NCBI RefSeq assembly: GCF_009914755.1
Contig: NC_060942.1
Length of the DNA: 64,000 nucleotides
Strand: one strand, 5' to 3'
Origin: the human T2T-CHM13v2.0 reference genome, Homo sapiens
Shown: positions 17,190 to 29,492 of the stretch, in pieces
How positions within the stretch are numbered: position 1 is the first letter of the stretch
How the letters are laid out: each line of letters starts with the position of its first letter
Position numbers and translations under genes: made by a program
The notes under the pieces: generated by a model
The model's database searches: none
Told to the model about the DNA's origin: nothing
The model's input: the letters and a program-made list of their open reading frames with translations, nothing else

Positions 17190-19560
17190 ATGCTCTGCAT
17201 GAAGTATTTGCCTTTCAGGAACCAGAACTTTGAAATATACAGAGTCCAGATTTGATACGTAAATTCCTGAATTGGTTCATTAAGGGTAAGGAGAAGCAGA
17301 GCCATTTTTGCCTCCACACTTTGGTCTTGGACCCATGTATTCTTCTTTTCAGAAGCGCACCCTAAAACAATTTTAATTTGAATTTAACGTTTCTATGTGT
17401 GAAGATGCTGCGGCATTCTTAGGAGGTATTGCCTCTGAGCCGACACTTCAGCTGTCACTTTACAAGGCTGTTCCAGTGCACTTCTGATTAATGCAGGGTG
17501 CACTATGACCAGTGGATTCCTTAGCCATGGGCCCACTGTGCCCTTCCTTTGCCATGTGACACCTGTTGGTCTGTGTGGTATGATGTAGAATATCATGCAT
17601 GTGAATCAGTTACACTGTAGGCCCTCAGAGAGTGAGACAGACTCAGACCCTGCAGGAAGGTAAGTCAAACCTCTTCCCAGAACATGTACCCATTCTATCA
17701 GCATGAACCACCAGAGGCCTGGGGAGAAGGAGTCCAGCGAGACTAATCTGCCATCTTTCTTTAACATGTGATGTCACTTTCCTTAACATAGTATGCCATA
17801 CTGGAAGTGCAAAGCTGCTCTTTGTTGATGGCAGGCTTGACATTTGGTAGCGACACCAGCTGGACCAACCTAGAGAGGTGAGAGCCCATGCTGTCGGGCC
17901 TATGCATAACCTCCACCTAAGACCCTGTATTAGTCCATTTTAATGCTGCTGATAAAGACATACCTGAGACTGGGCAATTTACAAAAGAAAGAGGCTTAAT
18001 TGGATTTACAGTTCCACATGGCTGGAGAGGCCTCACAATCATGGCAGAAGACAAGGAGGAATAAGTCACATCTTATGTGGATGGTGGCAGGCAAAAACAA
18101 ACAAACAAACAAAGCTTGTGCAGGGAAATTCCACCTTATAAATCCATCAGATCTCATGAGACTTATTCACTATCACAAGAATAGTGACGTCAATGCCTGC
18201 CCCCATAATTCAATCACCTCCCATTGGGTCCCTCCCACAACATGTGGGAATTCAAGATGAGATTTGGGTGGGGTCACAGCCAAACCATATCAGACCCCAT
18301 ATGTGCTACTTCATTCCTGTGCTCATTGAGAAAGCAATGGAATGGCCAATAACAGAGGCTGGGTGACATGTTCTGGCTGAGTCATTTTGGTCTATGTGGT
18401 TGTGTTATGACTCCTCCGTGCCAACTGTTTTTTGGTGGTTACCATGAAATATTAATATCCTTATGCTTTGTGCTTACTCTCGTATGTCTAAACATGTGCC
18501 TCTCCTCTAGACCTTCTAAGCTAATATGGCTCTACTCTAGACCTCCTTAGCCCTCCAGGCTTCTAATCAGCTGGACAGGCTTTTAGCAGGTGGCGATTTG
18601 ATATACATTCTAACCTCAGGCCATTTTTCATTGTATGCCAAGTGGAATACTACTTGAAGCTCTGCCCACAGGCGGGACTTTTTTCTAATCACTGTCTTTC
18701 AAGGTCACCCCTGAGGCGGACTGGGGTGCACCTGTCATCCATTTCTAAACTGCACCTGCATTCTATGATGATCCATCTGTGAACAAAGCTCCATGTTTCC
18801 CTCCTTTGGCTGCTGCCATAAGGGACCCCCATTGCAATTATAGGTTTGAACCCAGGGAGGGGCACTAATTCCTCAGTAGTAGATGATACAGGGTCTGGGC
18901 TACCTGGTTTTGAACGTTGTTTATGCTTGCAAGTCCTGCTTATGCCCATTTTCATCTTAAAAAGAATTGTTGCAAGGCCCTGCAACTGTATGACTGAGTG
19001 GGTCTGAGAAAATCCAGTTTATGATTGGCAGCTCTGATTATATGGTCACTTGATGTCCTGTAGTCATATATCTCTGTCTTTCCCAGGGTTCAATAGCATG
19101 CCAGGAACTATTTTGCAAAAGGTGTGTAATTTTTGACTGCAGATATGTTCTAGGTCAAAAAACCCTCCTGGTTGATACTGTGATTATTCTATTAGATTTT
19201 TCTATAAACTACATATGTTATCTCTTCTCATCACTGATAGCTTTAATAGCATAGAGTCATCTATACAGCCCCAGCAGCTGTCCAGACCTGCCACAGAGTA
19301 CATCTGGGTCTGGGCTCCACTGAAAGCCGAAGGCTTTTAATGTCACCTAGTGTACAGGTTGGGACACTCTTAAAGGTGAAACATGCTTACTCCAAAACTC
19401 AAAGAAGTCTATCAAGCAGTGTGCTTTCATCTTTCATTGTGGGAAGTTGAAGATGCAATAATTTATCCTTTACTCTCCTTGGTCAAAACAGTCAGATTAT
19501 CTGTTTCACCACGTATTCATGTTATTAAGAAATATCTTGGATTGTTAATGCTTTTATGGA
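17190..19560 (-). mobile_element. Decayed ERVL-class internal region (pol: RNase H/integrase; HERV16/ERVL-like), split by a THE1B LTR
   Basis: Minus translation near 18600-18672 gives WAELQVVFHLAYNEKWPEVRMYI (HERV-L RNase H: WAELRAVHLVVHFAWKEKWPDVRLY). ORF 18689..18985 contains AMGVPY (HERV-L WGVPY). agaatacatgggtccaagaccaaag near 17340 resembles the HERV-L integrase/dUTPase boundary. Confidence 0.78.
17926..18292 (-). mobile_element. THE1B-like MaLR solo LTR
   Basis: tgtattagtccatt ... cagccaaaccatatca. Perfect 5-bp TSD GACCC at 17921-17925 and 18293-18297. Internal (AAAC)n expansion ~18093-18113. Confidence 0.94.
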
Positions 19561-20526
19561 CTTCTTGACTAATTGCCTTCTGAAATTAACATAGTAAAAT
19601 AGTAAATATGTATTTAAACAAAAATATATAAAGTTAAACTAACCTATAGGAGTTTCTTTATAAAATTATAAGTACACATTTCTACCTTTAGTCAAATTCT
19701 TGAGTAACCATAACCACTTTCAGTTTCTTAAACTCAGTGTATAACTAATAAACTTAATGTGTATTATTGGTTCTTCTCATTGACATGATAACAGGAAAGC
19801 AAAGAGAATTTTGAAGTTGATCAGCTTTGAGGGATATTAAATATTTGCATTTTGAAATTAAACAATGAGAAATATAATCTGCAATCAACAAGAGGCTGCA
19901 TTACATTGCTGATGATAAATGGTGGAAAATAAAGTTGGAAATACTGTTTCAAAGTGTATCTTCTAGGGATTAAGAAAAAACTTGATTGCTTAAAATGAAC
20001 TTGATTGATGAACAAGATGAAATATTTAAATAATCTGGTATAAATATAATCATGTGTGAAATTTATTGGTGGTTAATGTAAATACTAAAATTTCTAGTAA
20101 AAAAAGAAAAAGAATAGAGTCAAGACGTTTGCAAGTCCAGTCTACTGAGTTTATGCCACAACTAAGCAGAAATGGAATTCTGAAATCAGAGTTGTTATCT
20201 AACACTGGGAAAGATATGAGAATAATTTCATGTGACAGAATAATTTGTTCTATATTGCAGTTAAAGAAAATGATAAAAGCCGTTTAATTCATTTGACAAA
20301 GAGATTTTGAAAGGTTTTCAAATTTATTCAACTGCTTTCTGAAGTCCCATAGCTACTTCCTGTAATTGTCCACTGTATTTGCATACCAACGCGAGAAAAC
20401 AGTAATAACTTTCAAGTTAAATAATTCAAGCTTTCTTAGTTCTAATTCTGCTAAATTTCCTATTGAACTTCAAAATTTTTATTGTTCACTCAGAATCAGT
20501 TACAACGTCTTTGCTGCTTTTTCCCA

Positions 20527-21146
20527 TTTTCTTTTTTTTCTTTTTTTTTTTTTTTAAGACAGGTCTCACTCTTGCCGGGGCTGGAGTGCAGTGGCATGAA
20601 CATGGATCACTGCAGCCTTGACTTCCTGAGCCTCAAGCGATTCTCCCATCTTAGCATCCCAAGTAGCTGGGAGTGATACCATGCCCAGCTAATTAAAACA
20701 AAACAAAACAAAAAAATTTTGTAGGCCGGGCACGGTGGCTCACGCCTGTAATTCCAGCACTTTGGGAGGCCAAGGCGGGTGGATCACGAGGTCAGGAGAT
20801 CAAGACCATCCTGGCTAACACGGTGAACTCTACTAAAAATACAAAAAATTAGCCAGGTGTGGTTGCGCGGACCTGAAGTCCCAGCTACTCAGGAGGCCGA
20901 GGCAGGAGAATGGCGTAAGCCCTGGAGGCGAAGCTTGCAGTGAGCCAAGATTGCGCCCCTGCACTCCAGCCTGGGCGACAGAGCGAGACTCTTGTCTCAA
21001 AAAAAAAAAAAAAAAAAAAAAAAAATGCAGGGTTGGGGGTCTCGCCATTTGGTCCAGGCTGGTCTCAAGCTCCTGGGCTCAAGCTATCTTCCCATCCTGG
21101 TCTCCCAAAGTTTTGGGATAACAGGTGTGAGCCACTGGACCTTGCC
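20527..21146 (-). mobile_element. AluJ split at its central linker by an AluY
   Basis: T-rich tail at 20527-20555, right arm to ~20693, left arm 21030-21146 with AluJ-type ctcctgggctcaagc. Confidence 0.88.
20724..21025 (+). mobile_element. AluY nested antisense within AluJ
   Basis: AluY diagnostics gatcacgaggtcaggagatc, ccatcctggctaacacgg, agaatggcg, gcttgcagtgagc. Pure 27-nt poly(A). Short deletion at gtgaa|ctctac. Confidence 0.95.
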
Positions 21147-22771
21147 TTTGCCTTTTTTCTTCAAATGAAAGTACTATTGTATTTTAGCAGACTACTAGTG
21201 TCTTCTTCCTCCTCCTCTTCTTCAACCTTCTTCTCTTTCTTCTAAAGTGTCCCTAGATGTACATAAGACTAATGAAAATCCTTATTCTGTGATACACTGT
21301 CATTACAAATCTATGCAAGATCTCCTTTCCTTTCTTCCTTCTTCCCTCTCTCTCTCTGTCTCATTCTCTCCTTTTCTCTTTTTCTTTCTTTTGTTCCTTC
21401 TTTCTTTTTTAAAATTAATGTGATGAACATCTGTAGCCCACGACCTCATCCAGCACTAGCATATTAACATAAGCTTATCTCTTGATATCTTCCCTTTTCC
21501 CATTCTCCTTACACCTTCAACTTTTGAAGAGCAAAGAGAAGAAAGGTAAATATAAAACACTAAATTTGAAAAAATAATATCAGAAGAGTAGGTTTAGGAG
21601 GTGAAAAATGAGAGCAAGATGGGGTAGATGAAGAGAAGAAGTGAGATAGAATCAAAACAGATAGAAAGGGATGGCGGGGAAATATAAGAAGGTAGATAAA
21701 GAAGTGCTTCTTCATATTCATATTTCTCTAGCAGCAATAATTTATTAGAATGAAGCTAAGAAGGATGATATCTGCCAAGCCACTCATCCCTCTGGGCCTG
21801 TGGATTGGTCATTTGTAAGATCTCTTCCAGCTGAAAAAGTACTGCTCTTATCACTTCCAAATTTTTAGACCTCATGGGAGGGATTATTTTGACTGTGCGA
21901 TTAGCTAATGTGAAAATAATTAATGAAAGAGAAGAGTTTAAAGCAAACTTTCCCTGAAGGCCAGTTTGATATTTACTAGGTTAAACAGAAACTGATGATG
22001 CCTTTTAAGGGAATTCTTAACTTGAACTTTCTTTGGGACAAAATTTACTCATGAAGTAACATTTTGTAGTTCTCAGCTAGGGTGAAAGATAATTTAAACT
22101 TAAAATAAATTTATCTGTATTCATCAATATTGAATGAAGTAGAGAGAAAAGTATGCCTCTTTTCCTCAATTATTCCTTATCGACAATTAATAATGCATGT
22201 TGAAAATCTATTCCTTGGTGCTGTCATGGAGTTGATTGGCATTCTTTACTTAAGCTTGGGGCAAATGTTATACTCTTATTTTAGAACACTCTTGGCTTGC
22301 TCTTAGTCTTGTAATAAACAAAAGAACGTACTTATTTGGTCCATTGTGTATTTCCCTCCCCTAAAATGAAGACAGAAATTCTTATCTGATTGCTAATATA
22401 CCCCAAACACTTTTCATTTTGTGTCACCCATATCAGGTGCTGCCCACATATTTGTAAAATGAGTGAATGAATTGCATTGAGCTATCACATATATTTCCAC
22501 TTTAACAAAATCTAATATTGTAATAAAATAATTTCCTTACACTCCTTCAGGCAAGAAACATTGTTCTCAACTTTGCTTTAAATACTAAATTTTTACAATC
22601 TTGTATTACCTATCACTCAGAAAACAATTTGATATAAAACTTATTTGGCAACATAATACTCAAATTAGAATAGTCATTAAATAGATCTTATTGTCTTAAC
22701 ACTGAAAGGCTTAACCAGATAAATTCATCATAGTGTTCTCTTTAGTTTTAGTGAAGGAACAAACAAAAGGC

Positions 22772-25020
22772 ATATATATATATATATTTTTTATATATTA
22801 TACATATTTTACATTAATATATAATTTATTATATACTAATTTTATAAAATTTAATTATATAAATATATATTTTTATTAATTATATATAAATATATTTATT
22901 ATACATTATAGTTATATCATATTTATAATTATATTATATTTATATTATATAATATATAAATATTACATTTATATATGAATTAATTATATAAATATATAAA
23001 ATATTTATATAAACATACACAAATATATAAAAATATATACACATACACAAATATATACAAACATTTATATACACATACACAAATATATACAAACATTTAT
23101 ATACGCATACACAAATATATAAAAATATTTACATACGCATACACAAATATATAAAAATATTTACATACGCATACACAAATATATAAAAATATTTACATAC
23201 GCATACACAAATATATACAAATATTTACATAGCATACACAAATATATACAAATATTTACGTACGCATACACAAATACATAAAAATATTTACGTACGCATA
23301 TACAAATATATAAAAATATTTACGTACGCATATAAAAATATATAACAATATTTACGTACGCATATACAAATATATAACAATATTTATGTACGCATATACA
23401 AATATATAACAATATTTATGTACGCATATACCAATATATAACAATATTTATGTACGCATATATAAATATATAACAATATTTATGTACACATATATACATA
23501 TATAATATATAAAAATATTTATATAATTATATATACATATATAAATCTATAAAAATATATATACATATATAAATCTATAAATATATATACATATATGAAT
23601 CTATAAAAATATTCATATATACATATATGAATCTATAAAAATATTCATGTATACATATATGAATCTATAAAAATATTCATGTATACATATATGAATCTAT
23701 AAAAATATTCATGTATACATATATGAATCTATGAAAATATTCATGTATACATATATAAATCTATGAAAATATTCATATATACATATATAAATCTATAAAA
23801 ATATTTATATATACATATATAAAATATTTATATATACATATATACATATATAAAAGATTTATATATACATATATACATATACAAAAATATTTATATATAC
23901 ATATATACATATATAAAAATATATATACATATATACATATACAAAAATATTTATATATACATATATACATATACAAAAATATTTATATATACATATATAC
24001 ATATATAAAAATATATATACATATATACATATACAAAAATATTTATATATACATATATACATATACAAAAATATTTATATATACATATATACATATATAA
24101 AAATATTTATATATACATATATACATATATAAAAGTATTTATATAGACATATAGAAAAATATTTATATATACATATATAAAAATATTTATATAGACATAT
24201 ATACATATATAAAAATATTTATATAGACATATAAATATATGAAAATATTTATATAGACATATAAATATGTGAAAATATTTATATAGACATATATAAATAT
24301 GTGAAAATATTTATATAGACATATATAAATATGTGAAAATATTTATATAGACATATATACACATATAACTATATAAAAATATTTACATGGACTTATATAT
24401 ACACATATATATAAAAATATTTATATAGACATATATACACATATATAAATATATATAAATATTTATATAGACTTATATATACACATATATAAATATATAA
24501 AAATATTTATATACACACATGTAAATATACATAAATATTTATATACACACATGTAAATATACATAAATATTTATATACACACATGTAAATATACATAAAT
24601 ATTTATATACACATATGTAAATATACATAAATATTTATATACACACATGTAAATATACATAAATATTTATATACACACATGTAAATATACATAAATATTT
24701 ATATACACACATGTAAATATACATAAATATTTATATATACATATATAAATTATATATAAATATTTATATATACATATATAAATTATATATAAATATTTAT
24801 ATATACATATATAAATTATATATAAATTTTATAAAATTTAATAAATATATATTGAATATATTTTAAATATATAATATATTTATAATAAATTTATATTTAA
24901 ATATATATTATACCAATACTTTCTATGTATACTTTTAATATATAGTATTTATAATATATTATATAGAATATATATAATACATAATATATAAATATTAAAT
25001 ATATTTAATATATATATTAA
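22772..25020. repeat. Large AT-rich minisatellite, ~32-bp units in variant blocks, with (TA)-rich degenerate flanks
   Basis: Units such as catacgcatacacaaatatataaaaatattta, catatatgaatctataaaaatattcatgtata, catatatacatatacaaaaatatttatatata and cacacatgtaaatatacataaatatttatata, each 32 nt. Confidence 0.95.
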
Positions 25021-27424
25021 AAGTACACATAGAAAGTCTTACACAGCCAACAATAAATGACTGTATATGTACTTCCTCACCAAAAAGAAACATTTTCTTA
25101 AATTTATTCAATTAAGATTTCTTAATATCTGTACAAATAATGTATCAGGTGGCAACACATAATTAAATATAAAATTACCTATTTTATCTAATTATTTATA
25201 AATTTAAGCTTTTTTACCTATTACATTCCAGATGCTATTTCATTTGTCTTACAATCTATGCTTGCATGTCAAATTTTTATAAATGAATTTGCTCTGTAAT
25301 GAAATATTTGAAAAATAATTGCTTCCTACTGTGCATGATGAAATTCTTAGAGAGAGATAGATGGGAGAGTTGATGAGGAAAGAGAGGGGAGAATGGAGAA
25401 GAGAGAGAAAAGGCAGGGGGACATATTTTAGAGTAATAGAGTCATATAAATGACATTAGCATTACTAATTTTAAAGTGAAAAATGGATACATGTTCACAA
25501 CCCTTGTCCAAAACCCTTGGGTCCAGATGTATTTCAAAAGTGCAAATATTTCACACATTAAGAAATTAATCCAGTGCATATACTGCAAGTTTTGGAACAA
25601 CCCAGTGAAGTCTCAGGTAGTCCCCTGTAATCAAGCACCTTAATATACCTGCAACAAAATTCGTGTGATGACTCTTTTCAGTGGGGTCAATAGTCTATAA
25701 TATATCGTAAGTACAAATAAGTGTATTGTGCATATGCCAATTAAAAGTACAGACTTCATTAAACTTCTGTTATATAACAAAAATTATAAATGGTTTCTTT
25801 TTATCTCTATGGGTGTATATTGTTTTATAAAAACATGGATTGTAATTAAATGGTTCCTCAAAGTTTATTCAATTAATTGAAGACAGAATTACACATTAAA
25901 ATTTGGAATGAATTGAACTATATAGAGTTATGAAAAAGTTAAAGACTCACAAGAATCTTAGAAACTATTTGGGGAGACTCGATGTATACATACAGAACAG
26001 TTTAAAAGTAACAAGATATTATGGAAATAACTGGAAAATAATATAAATAGTAATTTTTTCACAGAGGTTGATAGGAGTGATTACCATAGAACAATAAGGA
26101 AAATGTAAAAATTGAACTGGATATTTGGGAAATAAATGGGGAGGTGTTAAGACCAAGACAAAGGGACCATTTGGCTGAGTCAAGGTGTCACACAGAGGAA
26201 GAACCAGGACATTTCATTCCAGGTATGTGTATGCTACTACTTGGACATAGCTATGTCCAAAAAAAAAAAAAAAAAAATCCTGACAAAATAAAATTACCTG
26301 TGTATTTTTTTGGTACAATAATGTATAAGAAAGACATCTTTATTTCATACTAACTTACCACATTGCAGCCAGTTTTTGCTTCTCACAAAATTCATTTTGA
26401 ACTTTTTTCTTTAAGGAAGTTGCTACGTTTGTAATTACCAAACACCCAGTTACCAAGTTTATCATTCCTCTTTCCCTTGAACCAAATGTATTATTAGTTA
26501 ATAAAGCCTTTGTATAATGAATCACAACACAAACCCACAAATTAGAGAATATTCAAAATTCAGAGTATTCAAAATATTTCGAATATTCATATTCTCCAGG
26601 AATGAGCGGAGTAAAGTGCTTTTATTTTTAAATAAGCACATAGGTTATGATTGCACATGGTTTACCTAACGGATGTTGCCGAATCCCGTAACATGTTACC
26701 CCAGGCTTCCCAACACATGCCTGATCCTTTAGTAGCTCATACCCAGGAGTAATGGTCAACGTGCAATTGGAATAGGTTTATAAATTAGTATATATGTATA
26801 TATATATTGTATAAAAATAAAGATATTGCACCTATTTTTAAACTTCTTACCAAGCAATAAATTATAACATAAATTATCTATCATTAACTTCTGAATCATT
26901 GATTGATTTTTTTTAATTGTTCATGTAATCTTTTGTATGGCATGACTGTCACAAGTGAAAGATTATCCTTTCTCAGGTAGGAGATGATATACATAAACTC
27001 GTTAACATTTTCTAAAGACTTTGCCATTACATTAATAATGATTAGAAAACAAAATTTCAATTTGGAGAATAATTCTCTTATGATCTATGAAAAAATATAT
27101 TTTTATTATGCTAAACTATCTCATATTCTTCAAAAATACCAGCAATAAAATTCAAAATAGTGTGTATAACGTGTGTAAACATATTTACAAGTACTTGATA
27201 TATCTTATTTATCAAGTCAAAAAAGTCACACTTGGGAGTATCATTTTTAATTAGTTGCTTTAATTTCAACATTTTTTGTTTATATTTATCCACAGAATTT
27301 CGGAGACATTATTTTGTTATTTTTAGGACTAAATGCATATTAAAATAAATAAAATGAAAGATCCTAAATATTTATTATGATTTACATGTTTGTCATCAGG
27401 CAGTAAAGGCATTTTTATTTAATA

Positions 27425-27734
27425 TTATTTTTATTTATTTCTTCTTCTAATAATTTTTTTAAGAAAGAGTCTTGCTCTGTCGCCCAGGCTGGAGTGCAGT
27501 GGCACAACTTGGCTCACTGCAACCTCCGCCTCCCAGATTCAATGAATTCTCATGCCTCAGCCCCCCGAGTAGCTGGGATTACAGATTTGCACCATCATGC
27601 CCCGGCTAATTTTTGTATTTTTCGTAGAGACGGGGTTTCACTATGTCTGGTCTCCAATGCCCGACCTCAGGTAATCCACTGGCCTCAGCCTCCCAAACTG
27701 CTGGAATTACAGGCATGAGCCACCGCGCTCTGCC
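27425..27734 (-). mobile_element. AluS (AluSx-like)
   Basis: gagtcttgctctgtcgcccaggctggagtgcagtggc ... gagccaccgcgctctgcc. Approximate TSD atttttatttaata / atttttacttaata. Confidence 0.93.
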
Positions 27735-27984
27735 TATTTTTACTTAATAATAGACAATCTAAAAGCTTTTAACTTCAGAATTTTTCTTTTGCTATTTTTC
27801 AAGTAAAACATATTTCACCATTTTCATATCTTCCACTTTTCTTTCTGGTTTTCTGTAAGTAGTTGTACACATAGTCAATCACTTATTAGGTCAAATTTAT
27901 TTTGAATGATTGAAACATTACCTTTTTGTAAAGCAAAATAGATAATTGACTGTTTTAGAATAAAAGTTGTTAAAACAATTTCTA

Positions 27985-28133
27985 ATATATATATTTATGT
28001 ATGTATATATACCATATATATCACATATATATTTTAAAAATATATATTTACATATGTATGTATATATGTAATTATATAGGTATTTGTATATGTATTATAT
28101 ATGTATGATACACACACACACGTGTGTGTGTGT
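27985..28133. repeat. (TA/TG)-rich simple repeat ending in an (AC)6(GT)6 palindrome
   Basis: Read directly from the sequence. Confidence 0.85.
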
Positions 28134-28476
28134 TTCCCCAAAGTTTATCATTCTGATTTCACATTTTCTAATGAAATACAAGGTCAAAATGTGTTTTCAA
28201 ACTGTTTTTTTAATCTCTTCATTACATAATTTCCTTTGAGTTATAATTTTTAACTTTCTATTTCAGTTCTTAACTCTTCAGATTTATTATTTAATCCTCT
28301 CATATTACTTGATGTATTTTAGAAAAACACATAATTTATCAAGACAGGCATGTATGTAATTTACTTGATTTCTTTTATCGAATGATCTATAGTTAATTGA
28401 GAACATCATGGAAAGTAGTACTCTGTTAAAAAAAACAAAATTTTTTAATGTTGGCTAAAACTAAAAACTTGCTTTT

Positions 28477-28785
28477 AGCTGGGCAAAGTGGCTCGTGTCT
28501 GCAATCCCAGCTACTTGAGAGGCTGAGCCAGGAGGATTGCTTGAGGCCAGGAATTTGAGACCAGCCTGGGGAGACACCCCCCGACCACGTCTCTAAAATA
28601 AGAAAAATTAACTGGGTACGGTGGTTTGTGCCTGTTGTGCCAGTCGACTACAATGAGAGGATCATTTGGGCCCAGGAGCTGTGAAGGCCACTGCACTCTG
28701 CAGAGTGTTTTGTTTTGTTTTGTTTTGTTTTCAGAGATAGAGTGAGACCTTGTCTCTAAAAATAAATAAATAAATAAATAATTTA
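28477..28785 (+). mobile_element. Diverged AluJ with an internal (GTTTT)n tract
   Basis: aggaggattgcttgaggccaggaatttgagaccagcctggg; (AAAT)n tail; approximate TSD aaaacttgctttt / aaaattagctttt. Confidence 0.88.
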
Positions 28786-29131
28786 AAAATTAGCTTTTGT
28801 CATGATATCAGCACCATCTATACAAAATCTAATATGGTTTTCATATGAATATTTCCTATTGCAACATTTCCTTCAAGCACCAACAATAGAGATTCATCTT
28901 ATTTTGGTAATTTTCTATTTTGATCACAAAAGTTAATAAAAATGTGCACAATTTCTGTCCTTTTATAAATTCAAAAGATTTATTTCTGTGACACATTAAA
29001 GAAATGTCAATGATATTATCCAAACTTTGTTGTCTTGTTTGTTCTTCATGTTAGTTTTTGATATTCTACTAGAATTGTTGAATTTATGAGTATTATAAAA
29101 ATCACAACAGTTTATCAGAATAAAATGTTCT

Positions 29132-29492
<361 letters not shown>

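Noticed and set aside
16202-18292. Two THE1 LTRs as ends of one provirus
   Set aside because: Opposite orientation, the second has its own TSD, and the intervening DNA is not THE1-int.
23773-24068. ORFs [12 protein letters not shown]...
   Set aside because: Translations of the AT-rich repeat.
22980-24830. 32-bp periodic array as a CRISPR-like locus
   Set aside because: Units are contiguous with no unique spacers, there are no cas genes, and the context is primate. It is a minisatellite.
25490-25700. Possible Tigger/MER46-like DNA transposon fragment
   Set aside because: Only a short motif (cccttgtccaaaacccttgggtccagatg) resembles it and no second TIR was found, so it is too weak to call.
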